Origin: Vicugna vicugna
Taxonomy: Eukaryota
Length of the DNA stretch: 64,000 nucleotides
Direction of reading: 5' to 3'
Assembly: GCA_013265495.1 (NCBI GenBank)
Contig: MU058687.1
Span: 4,958,093 to 5,022,092, forward strand
In this document: positions 23,750-37,799 of the stretch, piece by piece
Position numbering within the stretch: position 1 is the first letter of the stretch
Layout of the letters: each line of letters opens with the position of its first letter
The notes under the pieces: generated by a model
What the model saw: the letters and a program-made list of their open reading frames with translations, nothing else
What the model was told of the DNA's origin: nothing
The model's database searches: none
Position numbers and translations under genes: made by a program

Positions 23750-24390
23750 GCTATAGCAGGATGATTAAATGCATGGACTTGGAGCCAGACTGCTTGGGTT
23801 TAAAACCTAGCTCTTCTTCATATTAGCTAAGTGACCCTGGGTGACTCACATATGTTCTCGTTTCTATTGCTTTGAAACAACCTCCCATAACTTAGTAGCT
23901 TAGAGCAACAATTGCGTCATTAAATATCACAGTTTTATGAGTCAGAAATTTGGGCAGGGCTCAGCAAGGCGATTCTTGTGCCCCACATGGAATTGACTGA
24001 GGTCATTCAGTGGCTACTCTGGTCTGGGGTCTGGCTTCAAGCATGCACCTGGTGTCTTGGTGGGCTTACTAGGAATACTGGACTCAGCTGGATCCATGTC
24101 CCTCTCCATGTATCTAGGGCTTCTTTCACAGAGGGAGGCTCAGGGCTCCTAGAGAGAGTTTCTCAAGTCTCATTTTCAGGGAAGGATACATAAACCTCAC
24201 TTCTCAATGGGAGGAGTAGCAGGAATTTGCAGCCAACCTAAGTCTACCACATTGGGTACTGGAGGGAGGGAAAGGTACTGCTGGTACTTACATCAAAGAT
24301 TGTTGTGAGGATAACTGGGTTAATCACAGTCAAATACTTAAAACAGGCGTATCATGAAGAATATGATTAAATATGTTTTAACCCTATTAT
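23750..24390 (+). mobile_element. MIR interrupted by an MLT1 LTR
   Basis: MIR head ggacttggagccagactgcttgggtttaaaacctagctc (23770-23850) resumes at about 24280 with catcaaagattgttgtgaggat. Confidence 0.75.
23853..24251 (-). mobile_element. MLT1 (H-like) MaLR LTR nested in MIR
   Basis: tgttctcgtttctattgct...aacttagtagcttagagcaac...gtcagaaatttgggcagggctcagc...tctaccaca, with TG..CA ends. Confidence 0.85.
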
Positions 24391-24669
24391 CATATTCTAT
24401 CCTCAACATTTGGTATGCAGGTCAGTGCCTTCTCAAGCAAGGATCTACCTCAGAAAATGGGGCTGCTTCTCCTGACAGTAGTGCCCATGGTTCAGAGTAA
24501 GCCCAGGAGGTTTGGGAGGATAGGGATTTGAAGGAGGGTCAGAGTAGAGTTTGGAGGCTGAAATTAGTCCTGTCAAATAAAAAGTCTCTAAGATCTCAGG
24601 CATGGACTTCTCTGATACCTCACTGTGCAGCTTTAATTTTCTCTTCCATCTTTAAATCAAGTAGGAATT

Positions 24670-25050
24670 CTCTGAGCCTTGGACAATATGTTCTGTTATG
24701 AAGTATGTCTATGCATGCATCTTTTTGGTGTTGCAAAAAGAGGAATCCAGGATCCTTGCCATCACAGAGCTCGCAATGTAAAGAGGGAGGGAGGACTTGA
24801 CATTCGCTATCAGTATGAAATAGTGACTTACCAATGATGGGGTGGGGTGGGGTGGGGAGTTGTGTATGGGATGGCGTGGCTGGATCTCATGAATGAGGTG
24901 AGAATGGAACTGGGCCTTGTAGAATGAGTACAGTTGGACACATGAGAGGAACAAATCTCAGGTTGGTTGAATGTCCCAAGCTAGGCTGACAAAGTCAGAG
25001 GTGATGATTCCTAGAGAGACAGCCAAGCCCAGCTAGCACAGAGAGTACAT
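24670..25050 (-). mobile_element. L2 fragment
   Basis: atccttgccatcacagagctcgcaatgta...gaggtgagaatggaactgggccttgtagaatgagta. Confidence 0.55.
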
Positions 25051-25979
25051 AGAGGGGGTTTGTGAGAGACAGGAGGCCCAGATTCTGAGTCTTAGTCTAA
25101 AACTGCCCCACACAGGAGAGGACCAAGGGGGGAGAACTGGGTCAGGTTCTCTGTGGGTCTTTCTCCCAGGAATGCCCCGGAGGTTATGCAGAAACATCCA
25201 TCACATCACATCTTACCCTGATGTCAACAGGTTACTGTCACGACACTGATAGGTCAGCTTCTAAAATGGAAAAGCTCAACTCAGTCTACACTCAGATAAG
25301 CTTAGTTCTCATTCAGGATAGAAGGCAAAAATGAGAAATAAGAGTCTTTTAGTGATAACTATCAGCCGCCATGACCAAAATGTTCCTGCGAGAGAGGAGA
25401 GAGCCAAGAGGAAAATAATTCCAAGAATAATGTGAATTCCCCTACCTTGGCACTCCAGACCAAGTTGTTATCAATAAGAAAAAGAACTCAGTGTGTTCTG
25501 CGCAAATCACCATTTGGAATCGCATATAAGCTCTCAGCAGGATACTGACCGTGACCCACTTGTTTCTGTGCTGGGCATTGGAAAAGTCACCTTGACATTG
25601 GCCAGGACTGCCTGGCACCAGAAAATTACCAGAAAATCACAATGTTCAGCCTGGATTAGAACTACCCTAATAAACAGTAGAAATAAAAGACTTGAGAGCT
25701 TTGTGAGATTTCATTCTTACCTTAAACTCACAAATTTGGTGGTCAAGTGTGAACCACTTTCAGAAATTTCCAAAGGAAGCCACAATGTGTTAGGCTTTGT
25801 AACAACACCTGCGTGATGTTGTTAGTCCTTCTGGTCTGCTTCCAGTTTTAGGCTGGGGATGGTAAGAAGCACATTTCAGCCTTGATATTGGCTATTGCGA
25901 AACAAAACAAAGCAAAAACTTATGATTCAAAGCTTGATCCTTCACCTTGCATGTTCTAGATGGAGTCCCAGTGTGTTGA

Positions 25980-26170
25980 AGGGAAGAGAGGGAACTGAGA
26001 ATCAGGGTTTCCGGATTGCACTTCAGGTTTTTCCGGTTACTTAGTTGTGTGTCTCTGGGTGGATTGATTAGCTCCTCTAAGCCTCAGTTCCATTATCTAT
26101 AAAATGGGCAGAGCATTCTCTTTTCCATAGGCTTGTTGTGAGTACAAAATACAACCAGGTGTGGAAAGAA
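25980..26170 (+). mobile_element. MIR SINE
   Basis: acttagttgtgtgtctctggg...ctctaagcctcagttccattatctataaaatggg...cataggcttgttgtgag. Confidence 0.8.
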
Positions 26171-27869
26171 CGTTGGCCATGGACTGCCTGACCAGTTTCC
26201 ACTAAATGCTAGGCATCTGGAAAACCACCTCAACCCAAGAGACTCTGTCAGGACTCCCAGATCCTCAAAGAGCTTAGCCTTCCTGTACGGCTGGATAAGC
26301 ATGAGAACAATTTTGTTTACATCCCACACAAACCCACAATCACCCAGGATTTCCTTTGCAGGTGCCAGATTGAATCACAGCCCTGAACTCATCAATTAGA
26401 AGAGATTCCTGCAGTGGGAATTAGCTTTGCCGGGGGGGTCATTACATACAAAGTGTTCTGTTAGAATGAAGCATATGAAATTATGAAACTGCCATTTTTT
26501 TGGAGATCAAAATGGTCAAATATCAGCAATTTCACGTGGTTCAACCAAAGACACAACACACCCATTTACGGCATGTCATCATCCACGGCATTCTGAGATT
26601 CTGGCTGGAGCACCAGATTTTCCCAGAGGTCTTTGAATAATCAGACTGCCTTGGGATTGGGGTATGAGATTAATCCACCTTATTCCAAATGCCTTGCCAT
26701 AACAGGAGGTCGAGTATGTTATACTTAGCCCCAAATTATCCCCTCTGGGCCCCTCCACCTTTTCCCGGCTGCCACCAGCTTGGTAGAAGTGAGACGAGGA
26801 GTCCACACGGTTTCCAGTCCCTCTCTTTTACCACAGACAACAGAGCCTCCAGGGGAAGTGTATTTTTAGGATCAAGGCTCAACTAATATTGATTAACAGC
26901 CTTACATAACGTAAGGCTTCAGGGCCCGCTCCTTTCCTGCCAAGCCTCATAACTGGGGGAGGCACTGAGATCTGTCAGTCTAATTAGAGTTTAGCTGCCA
27001 GCCAAGAAATATCTTCTGTTTCCTCCTTACCCTCATGCAGGTGCTTTCTTTTCCCCTCTCAGAGCATAACTGAGGCGGGGACAGGAGGTGGAAATTGGAC
27101 TCTAATTTACTCATTACCTGGTAAAACTCTCTAGTGACATTTTCTCTCTGGAATTGCACAGTTCTAATGGGAGGGCGGGGAATTCAATGGGTTTACTTAC
27201 CTCTTCAAAATTTATATGTTGGCAATACAAATAGATCAGCACTTTCCAAAGCTGAGAAAGTCGCGAAAAGAGTTCTCTGAGAAGGCCCTTGTCACATACA
27301 GGCAGGAAGTCTGCGAGATGCTGGAAGTTGTACAGATGCCCTTATAATTAGGTTGTAATATTTATAGGGTAGAATTTCCCACCAGAACCTGCTAATGCAG
27401 TCCTGGATTTTATTCTGAGACATCGGCACAGGTGAGAAGGAAGAGGGGGCAGCTCTTGGCTACTCACTGCAGAGGTCCCCGAATGTTTCTAAAGCCCCAG
27501 TGCTTTTTCCAACTACCCAACAGACTCCTTGGCCGAGAATAAAGCCTGAGTCCTGACCATGTGATGTATGGATCTCCTCCTTGCTCTCTCTCTGGCCATA
27601 TTTTCTACCACTTTGCTCCAGGCGCACAGGTCTTCCTGGTCTTCCTGACTGTAGAGCCAGGATAAGGGAGAGGCGCGTGAGGGCTGTACAGTCACAGAGG
27701 TGGGTCTCGTTTGTGTTTAAATTGTTGACTTTTTTTGAGGATCGGGGATTTTTTTCTGCTTTGATGTTGACTTTATTGCCATAAAGTATTCTTTATGTGG
27801 ATGACTGCGTTTGGGGCTGTCCTTTTAAATGTGACACATCTGATGAGGACCTCATGGTCAGTCGCAGCC

Positions 27870-28230
27870 CTGCCTGAACACACCAAGCACGTCTGTGCCT
27901 TCTCACTTGCCCTTTCTTCCGCCTGATGCAGCTCCTCCCAGCTATTTGCATGACTCACTCCCTTACTTTATCCAGATTTCTGCCCATCTGGCACCTTCCA
28001 GAGAGGCCCTCCTTGACCATCCTCTGTAGGAGAGCACTCTGTCACCTTCCCCTTCCTTGTCTCTCATAGCAGTTATCTCTGCCTGACATTCTATCATGTA
28101 TCTATTTGTTAACTGTCTCTATTTAATGAAATGTGAGTTCTAAGATGGAAGATCTTTGTTTCGGGCACTGTCAGAGCCCAGCAGCACAGAGGAAACCCTC
28201 AGTCAATATGGCTTGAAGCAAATGAGTGGG
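27870..28230 (+). mobile_element. L2 3' end
   Basis: gcacgtctgtgcc...ttccagagaggccctccttgacc...aatgtgagttctaagatgg...cccagcagcacagagg..ctcagtcaatat. Confidence 0.75.
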
Positions 28231-28914
28231 CAACAATCCACCAGCACCTTCTCAGGGAGTACATATGCCTCGTGATTCAGACTGAATCTCACTTCCGAGC
28301 ACCCTGCCCTCCAGAGGTCCACACTCAGGCGAAGGCTCCCCCGTGGGGCGATTATCAGCAGGGGTATTGCCGCCCTTAACTCCTTACCTTAACAATAAGG
28401 AGTCCGGGAGATGTCTCCTTGTATCTGGTGTACAAGATTGTTCTTGTTGACTTCTGGTCTTAAATTCTCTTTCCTTAGAACTTACTTGTCATCACAGTAG
28501 CTTCTAGCACTGAGTTTTCAAAGCACTTTTGGAAATGTGGTATCGCCCACTTCCCCACTCCACTTTCTTTCCTGTATTCCTCTCCCAAATTATTTAATTC
28601 TTAGTTCTCCTAAAACCTACCTTTAGATATAGGCAAATAAAAATTACTTTAATTGTCCCCTGCTTCTGTCCAATTCTATTGGTATGGATAGAAAATTAAC
28701 TTGGGGTTCATTTACTTGGTTGCACATCCCTGGGTAGATTAGCAGGAGTTTTCTATCTGCTTTCAGTTACTTTTTGTTGTTGTTTTTGTCTAATTACTGA
28801 ATATGTTATATGAGTCCACTTATTCCTGGTCCTGACCATGTGATTCATCGGGCTCCATAGTTACTTGTTTTCTTCATGTTCTTTTGAAAAGAGTTTGAAA
28901 TATACTATGAGAAA

Positions 28915-29050
28915 GCGCTTGATTGAGAGCAGGAATAATCTCTATGGAGTTCTTCACGCAACACTCAGGGCCTGCCACGGTGCCTGCCACTAAGTGGGGC
29001 TCAATATATGTTTGTTGAAGAAAAGGAAGGTGTATTAAGTGAATGAATGC
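28915..29050 (+). mobile_element. L2 terminal fragment
   Basis: cacggtgcctgccactaagtggggctcaatatatgtttgttgaa...gaatgaatg. Confidence 0.7.
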
Positions 29051-30490
29051 CTATCTGCAGTGGGAAGGGGCAGCGAAGGGGGGCAATATTATTCATGTTC
29101 AAGGTGGACAAAGACAGCCACAGACAAGGGAAGCAGCCTCCTATGAAGGAAGGAGTCCATTGAAACAGGTGTCAGGAGACTTCCGTTGTAGATAAAGAAG
29201 TGATTAAAGCCATGACTCTAGGTGGACCTTCAATTCTTAGCTGTGAGATTTTTGGCTAAGTTGCTTTTTGGAGCTTAGTTTCATGGTTATAACATCATCT
29301 TCATGGATGGGTTAAGATAATATAGGTCAAGGGCTGAAATTGGTGCAACTCAATGAAGGATTGTTGTGGTGGTGGTTGTTGTTACATTAAACGAGATTCC
29401 AGTCCAGGTCTCTAGCATCTAGTTGTTTTTGTTTTGTTTTGTTTTTTATTCTTTAACTAAATAACCATTTGCCTATGACATGGCGATTAGCTTCCTTGGG
29501 TCTCTACTCTTTTCTTATTTAATAAGTATTAGGGTAGATTCACACTGTCTCCAATATTTTCATTTTTTTAGCAGTATGTAACACGGTGCCTTGTACATAC
29601 AGACAGTTGAATGGATGGATAAGTGAATTGAGGAGGGCGAGGGGAAGGGGAAGAAAATTTGAGGAGAAGAGAGGAGAAAGTAAGCAAAAAATACTCTCGC
29701 TGTGTTGCTGTAAGTATCTGCCCATTTCATCAACTGGATGACTGAGGTTGAGAGAAATGAATAGGATATCTTTAATATAATTAAAATTATAATACAAATA
29801 ATGATTTCTTTTTGTATTCCCCTTCTTGGCTGAAAGCTTTCAGAAGGAGTTCCACAATGACCATCTTTATGTAGAAGATAAAGTACTTAATAAATGTGTC
29901 TTGAGTTGTCAGAAAGAATCAATGATTCCAGTTTAAGTTAACGTCCAAGATTTTTTTTTTTTCCTGACAATGCATCTCTTTCTTTCTATTTCTACATGAC
30001 AGGGAAATGACTCTAAGCAGCCATCACTGCTAGCCAGGCTTCGGGAAGGAGATTTCCATTCTGTCTTCGACAAGGCAGTAGGAGGGGTGGGGTGCGCTTT
30101 CAAACCTTTCTGGTGCCTGTTTGAATGATTGTAAAAATTACAAGTACACTGAGGCTGTTATGACAGCCCTGCCTTTTGAAATCTTCTGATTAATGCCTTG
30201 GGTTGTCTGGAGAGCTAGTTCTGTTAGCTACATGGAGAATGTAAGGTTCTCCTTGTTTTTGTTTGTTTGTTTGTTTGTTTTTGTTTTTCATCATCCAGGG
30301 ATGAGATGTCTGGGGAAATAAATGCACATCATATCTGGGGTGGCTGGGAGTCAATGAGAGAATTACTCGATGGAAATTTGATTGACTTATGTACATCTCT
30401 CTCTCATTCAATCTGATTGTGTGTGGGTGTGTATGAGAGAGAGATGGAGAGAGAGAGGATGCTCATATGTGTTTGCATGTATTAGCTGAA

Positions 30491-30650
30491 CAGTACTTCT
30501 TAAACTGGTTTGTGTATACAGATCACCTGGGTGGTCTAATTAAATCACAGGTTCTGATTCAGTTATGGATGGAGCCCAAGACCATGCATTTCTAGCTGGC
30601 CCCCCAGTGATGTCAGGCTATAATACATGGCCCTCACTTTCTGGAGCAAG
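30491..30650. mobile_element. MER5-like hAT-Charlie DNA transposon
   Basis: cagtacttcttaaact...atcacctggg...ggttctgattcagt...ggagcccaagaccatgcatttcta...cccagtgatg. Confidence 0.75.
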
Positions 30651-33600
30651 TATATTTGTAGTTCCTTGCTGAGTAGTTGTAGCATCTGTTTACCTATGTC
30701 TTCCAAATGGTCACCCCAAACAAGGCTCTTCAAAACAGGAGATCTTGTTAACCCAAAGCATTATGTCAGAGAAAGAGCAGATACCCAACTGAGGATTAGC
30801 AAAGAAAAGTTCATCCCATCAGACAGTCCTGCTCCTGGTCCCCTCCTCCTGTCCCTCCTCTGCTACATAGCCCCGAGGCAGATGGGGAAAAAAAAAATAG
30901 GTAGATTTTAACTTGTCACAATATTTATCCCCCATTCTGAGAGGTGACCTCCAAAGAAAGCAGAAGGACATGAATGATTTTAATCCGCAGTAACAATGGG
31001 AAACTAGTCCTGGCCATCTTGAGTGGTATAAATATATAAAATGACAGAATTTTCTCCTCTACCTCTCCACGTCCTCCCCCCAGATACTGAGAGAGACACA
31101 TATTCATGCACCCACAGCTCACACTATAATGCACAATGAAATTTCACCCGGCCTTTATCTCGGGGCTGCTCTTCTGATGATTAATGCCCCACTGGCTGGG
31201 AAGCTATTCCACTGAAGAAAGACAAGGAGAGAGGAAGACACATGAAATATATCTCTGAGGCCGTTTCTCATTATTATTATGATCATTATTAGTTCCTTAC
31301 TGCCCTATCTGTCCTGTTAGAGAATGCTTGATCTATCGGCAAGGGGGAGGGGATGACATTTGAAAGTGGATTTCATGAGGGAGAAATGAGCAAGGACAGA
31401 GACAGAAACAGACCCTTTTTTGCTAAAGAGAACTGACCTGGATAGGGTTTTGTTGTTGTCATTTATTTTTGGTTTTGTTTGTTTGTTCTGTTATTTTTTG
31501 CTGTTTTCATTTTAAAGCCAAATATAATAGATGCCTCCATCTGTGTCTTCTTTGTTTTTTATTCCCCCCCCAGGCATTTATTTTTGCATGTGTTCTTTTG
31601 TCTTTATTGAGTCTCTGTCTGCAAGAATCAATACGGTATAACGTATGCAAATGCTATTCCTGACCACTTATGCAAAAGACTGGACAGAATAATTTCATTG
31701 CTTTGTAACTCCCAAAATATAATTGCCTGCACATCCTGGTTGATTTCAAGTTTCTGAAAAGGCTACTTTTTAAAAAAAGAATTCTATGTTTGTGTTGTAT
31801 AAACCACAGTGTCTGATTCAAAGAAAGGGTGATTGCTAAGTAGTTTCTGGCTCTGTCCCTTAGGAGGACTCCACAGCAGTGGTCCTCGTTGGAAAAATGG
31901 GGCCACAAGCAAAGCACCGTCACAACCCATGTGTCTGCTGATGAAACGGCAGATTCGTTAACTGAGACAGAAAGGACCACAGTCTGACTTAGGAAAGGGT
32001 TGAGTTTATGAGGCTATGGAATGTGTAGCTGGGGACCCACATGCAACTTCAGTTTTAGTTGGATTTTGTGTTTGGTTAACAACTATTTGGGTGAACTGAG
32101 TACCTAGAGTGGGCCACACACCATCCTAGGCATTTGGCCTGTAGAAATACACAAAACAGACAAAAGACTCACCTTCTTCGTGGGCCATATATTCTATATC
32201 ACAAATATAGGGCACCTCCTGAGTGCCAGGCTGTGGGGAAACAAAGAATGGAATAAATATATTTCTGCCTTAAAGGAGCACACAATCAGGAGGGCTCAAA
32301 TATTTTCTGAATCGGAGCAGTCTCGTTTTTAGGTCAGTTTTCTACAGAAACTTCAACCCCCTGATCTCCTATTACAATTGCAGAGGCACCAACCATCCGT
32401 GTTTATACAGGTCAGCTCAATTGAAGAGTAACAGAGAGTAAGGCCTTTCATTTCTATTCAGAAAAAAACAACTTCAAATGTAAACAGTGTCTTTGTTGAC
32501 CGACAAAGATGGCCATAGGAAACCCCGTTAAAATAAAGTTACGGCATGTGAAACATATTGGTCTCGAGGACTCAGTTTACAGTATTTATTGCAAATATTT
32601 TGTGTAGTAGTTTGAGATGATACTCTCATGGAATGTTTCCACTGGAAGATTCTCAGTGATCATCTAATTATTGAGCCCCACACAACTAGCTGAGCTTTAG
32701 AGATGGGCCAACTAGATGGTTTTATCCATCAAAACTGTCTATCTAGGGGCAAATTGCTTGCCCACCTTTTGTAATTTAAGCAATAAGCCTGTATTAATTT
32801 CATGTTTTAATTTAATTTTTATCTAAATCATGCATTTACATAGCTTAAAACTTCACATTGCACCCACTCCCATTACTTCAGGGCAGACACATCATTATTT
32901 TAGCTGCTAGGAGTGTTAGCTGCTGCATTTTTAGTAGATAAATATATTATTTTAATAGGTATTTTCATGGGTATATAATATACCTAAACTTACTATCCAG
33001 GTACAATTCCAGTAAGAATCATTGTGCTACCAACTCCTTCTGTATACTGGAAAACTTTCCTCAGGGACCTCTATTTTTGTGGAGTGTTTTTTTTCTTTTC
33101 CCTAACACTTATTCTCCAGCCATCTCAGAGAGCATATAAATTAAATAATACATATAAGAGCTCTGAATATTCTACATCCAGAAACGAGCATAGCTCAGTC
33201 TTTTGCTTCACACCAGATGCTTGTACTTTTAAGAGGGGCAAGGGTTAGAATTGTCACTTTGGAGTTTTTATGCTGTGAAACGTCAGACAAAGTGTTTGCA
33301 TGCCGTCAAGTTCCATCACGCAGTGTTTGGTGATAAAGTCTGTTCACTGGGCTCAGCTTCCTTCAGCTCTATCACTGTAATATATTTATTCGCTTTACTT
33401 TACTTGTGCTAGTTGACACAGATACTGTAGGAAAAGAATTTCTCCATGTATTCCCCATTCCTCAGGAGGAATAATATATTCTAAGAGCACAGATGGGGCT
33501 CTACAAAAAAAAAATTATGAATTAATGTTGGGTATATATGGATATATACACTGGAAATCGGATTTGATTAAGTCATTATACTAAGTATGAGCCAAAGGTT

Positions 33601-34609
33601 ACATTTATTGGAGGAGAGATGATTGGAGGCCAGTATGAGAGAATCACAAAGAGGAGGTTTTAGGGGGAGATTTAAGCAGAGAAGATGAGGATGTTCCCAA
33701 GGCTATTTCTACAGGGAACCATTTCTATCAACATTGCTAACCAGAAAACAAAGATTGCTGGAGGCTTTGAATTAGATCAAAATATTTGAAGAATAAAGAG
33801 GATAAATAGCAAAATCCACCTCCGAAGCCGTACGGAAAACACCACGCTGCTGCACAGAGAGCCCCTGTAAAGTGTTCTTTTGACTCCAAAAGCTACAGGG
33901 AGTTATGCTTTGTTTGTTTGTTTGTTTTTTGTTTTACTTTTTTTTTCATATGGGGGATTTGGAGTGAATGTCTGGACAACCTATTTTTGTATGTTGTACT
34001 CAGCAATAATAACAACTAGAAGGAATGATAAATTACATAAAACAAAGCCAATCAAGTCATTGCTAAGAGGGGCATTAAGGCGTGTTTGTGTTTTTCTCTC
34101 CCCCTCATTTTCAGTAAACTGTATTATTTGGGTTTCTTTCGTCATCACAGTAGGTATTTTTGTAAGAGAGTGTTCCTCTTTCTTCTGTTGTAAACACTTT
34201 TCCCATCTCAGCATCCTTTTTAAATTCAAGAGACATCCTCCTTTGCAATGTACAACAAAAGGCGGCCATTATGTTACAAAATATCAGAGATGGCTTTGTC
34301 ACGTCTGGCGCTGTTAAATCATGTTGTGTCCTAAAGAGCTTGGTAAATGAGGCCGAGGAGGTGAGTTGACAATTGAACAAGGCCTCAGTCAGATCTCCCA
34401 GGCTTCCCCGAAACTCCCTGAGGAGAGACAGAGACCCAGGTGGTGGGTGCAAGTGTTTTCCCTTTAAAGCATTGTGAAGATTCTGGCAAACCTTATTTTG
34501 GGTTTTGCTTGTAAGACAGAGGCAGCATTTGCAAAGGGGGGTCTTTGTAGTCTTTTTTTTTTTTCCTCCCCAGCATTTAATTTAAATCCAAGATGGTGGT
34601 AGGGAATTA

Positions 34610-34980
34610 AAAGAAAAAATTAATTGCTCAATAAATAGTTGGTGGCTCTTGCCTACTGCGTGGAAGGATCTGGATGGAGATGGAAGAATGAATAAGACAG
34701 ATGTATGCTACCTGTCCTCATGGAGCTTGTGTGGAAAGAAGGCATAAAACAAACTAATTTCACAAGTAACTATTTAATCACAAGCATGAGGAGTCCATGA
34801 AGGAGAACAGACTGCTAAGAAAGCAGAGCGGGGTCTGCGCTAATGTTCTGTTGGGAAGATTTCCTTGAGGATGCAGTGTTGGCGTTGCGCTGTTTAGGAT
34901 GCACAGTTAGGTAAGCAAAAGAGGAGGATAAGAAAAGGTGTAGTAAGCAAAGGGAACAGCCCATGCTAAGGCACTACTGT
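34610..34980 (-). mobile_element. L2 3' region
   Basis: ctcaataaatagttggtggctcttgcct...atgaataagacag...cctgtcctcatggagctt...ttccttgaggatgcagtgtt. Confidence 0.7.
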
Positions 34981-36924
34981 AGGAATCATGCTGTATCATG
35001 TTTCTCAGCCTTTGGTCTACAGTTTGGCTCTAAAGTTTGGAAACATACCAGATTTGACCAAGGTAAGTGACCAGTTAGTGCCCACACTTGAAGGGCTAGC
35101 AGAAGGCCACTCAAAGGGTTTCCAATGGGATGAAGCACCATCCCATTATTATGACAGATGTGGGACTGGTTGAATGATAGTTTCCAAAGCTGGGTTGAAT
35201 GGCATGGCCATGTTGAATGGGCTTCATGGTCTCCTGTTCTGAATCCTCTAGATGACTGGCTCCAAGATGTGTCAAAGGCACAAATTTCCTCAGTGAAAAT
35301 CAAAGATGCCAATAGTTTAGGGTAAAGCTTCACAGATGCATGTGTAAGGACTGATAGAAATGCCTTAATTGTGTTTATCACAGTTTTGTAAAATACATTG
35401 AACTGTGTTTGTTTGTGAGTGACCGTACACACAGAATAGATCATAAAATTATCAGGGATGCCATGTCATGGAACCTGTCGTATATTGTAATATCAAAACA
35501 CCATGTCGTATGTATCTAGGTTTTCAGATTTTATAGCCACCCTGTGTTTCACTCTCTTGCTTCTCCAACAGAACACCAGTAACCAGAAATCAGTCATTTG
35601 AAAACTTCTAATCCTTATTTTTTCATGCTTTGCCTTGGTTTTTCTTTCTGCTTGGTGGAAACTGTGGAGTTCAGTGGAAGTTTTCTTGTAGTTTGAGTAC
35701 CCTCTTTATTTAATTTTGTGATAAAAACACTGAGCCGGAAGCCAGAGATAACGTGCCTGATTCAATTCGTACATGTCAATTTCTGTTTGATGGTGATTCT
35801 TTCCCCTACTTCTTCCCACGCTCCCTGTCCAGGCACAGCCGAGGCTTCGGTGATTATCAGACATCACACCTACGCTGTCAGTTACGCCTCCTGCTTTAGG
35901 ATTAGATTCATTTATTATCATTGTTCTGATTATTAGTAGTAAGAGGGGGCATCTCCACCCAAACCTGGATGAGCAGTAGCTTTCACAGTCTTTGCCTCCA
36001 AACTTAAGCTTGTTGGAGTTTTAAACCCAGATGATTTCCTTCCTTCTTTAATGGTGTGGAGCATTCAGTTTCCTGTATTGTACTTAAGTGCTATTGTAGA
36101 TCGCTCAAAAGACAAGGCATTCTTAGAAGATTCTTCTCGGTGGGGAGGGATGGCATATTCCCCCTGAGTGTAGGATTCACCAGCTGGTGGACACCAATGG
36201 CGTCTTCTCTTGGTAACAGGACTACTTTGAAGAAGTATTTGAACTGGCAAAGGATGCCTATTATCTCGCCTCTCTTCTTCTTAGAAAGGCCCCAGTTTCT
36301 CATCCTCAAAAGCGCACATGGCTTTGACTCCTGTGCTGACTCCCAAAAGGAACACTTATTTTTTTGCCTTTTTGATGGAAGTGTCCCCACCGCCATCACT
36401 AATGGAATGGCAGCATGGCCCAAGCAATTTAAATATAGTGTTGGTCCTTCGACAACATGCTAGTTCTTTCAGACTTCTTTCCCAGACTCAAAGCTCAACA
36501 TATCTTCTGTGCTTAAAACTACCTTTGTAGTAAGATCATCCAGACAGCTTCAGGAAAAGAGATCAGAAGAAGTCTTGGAGGAGAGTCCAGGCTTTTATTT
36601 TATTATTCTTCACTTTATCTTTCAACAAATCAGAAGAAAGCAATGTGATTCAATCCTGATTATGTAAAATGTTTACACTTTAAATTGTAAATGTCTCTCA
36701 ATGATACAGTTTCTGCGGATAATGCTCCATGGACTTTCTGGAAGAATAAGTATGATGATTCATCACCAGGTTTAAGGTGTCCAGGCACTTAAGTGGCTCA
36801 TTGATACAATTTCCTAATCCTCATGACCCTGAATCATAGCCTCCTAGACTATTAAACTTTTGCCTATAAAATGAAAGGTTTGTCTCAGAATCCCAGAGTG
36901 GACCATCCTTCAAGGACCCCAGCC

Positions 36925-37640
36925 TCTCAGCTCACTCATTCAGCAAACCCAGGTGGGGAAGGCAGCGTGATTACTACCATGGACCAAGCACTCTTCTGGA
37001 CCCTGAAGTAGCAATAAAAAGAAAAACAGATCATTGTAACTGTGGTTCTAGTTCTTATGGAACATACCTTCTGGGGGCAGGGATGGAGTCTGCCAATAAG
37101 TCAATCAGTGAGAGAATATACTACACACTGACAAATGCTGTCAAGAAAATAAAGCAGGGAGATGTCACACAGGGTTAGTGGTGGATAGGTATTTTAAAGA
37201 CAGTCTCTCTAAGGAGGAAAGATTGAAGCTGAGACTTCAATGACAAGAAGACTCAGGTGTGTAACCTCTGGGGAAAGAACATATGTGGTGGAGGGATTGT
37301 TTAGTGGAAAGGCCCTAGGCTGAAACATGCTGGGGGAGTTCAAAATAAGATAACCAAGCTGAAACAAGAGGAGATCTGGGTGAGGCAGGGTCTGAGAGGT
37401 GAACAGAAACTCAGTGATTCAGAGCTCACTAGGCTGTGGAAAGGAGATAGGATGTTATTAAAGTTCAATGTTAAGCTGAGTAGTGGAGTGCCATGATGGG
37501 ATACGTGCTTTTTAAAGATCACTCTGGCTGCCATGTAAGAAAAGACTGTAAAGGAGCAAGAGATGAGTCACAGATACCTGTTATGTGAGTACTGCATCAG
37601 TTCAGGTAAGAGATGACGGTGGCTTTAACTAGGACAGCGA
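36925..37640 (-). mobile_element. L2 LINE fragment
   Basis: tcactcattcagcaaa...tctctaaggaggaaagattgaagctgagac...tttttaaagatcactctggctgccatgt...ttcaggtaagagatgacggtggctttaactagg. Confidence 0.8.
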
Positions 37641-37799
37641 CCAGGCCCTCGCTACACAACAACCTGGCTTGATGGTCTTGTGATACATCTTTGCATTGCC
37701 CTGAATTGCTAAACCTCTGAAACCTTAAACCCTACTGTCTCAATCCTCATGCTTAAATTCAGTTGCTTTCCTGCTTCATCAAGTTTCCATTAGTCTATA

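Noticed and set aside
34545..34590. Strong acceptor (T)n-cctccccAG
   Set aside because: A phase-0 stop follows after 3 codons, no good donor is evident, and poly-T tracts give such sites by chance.
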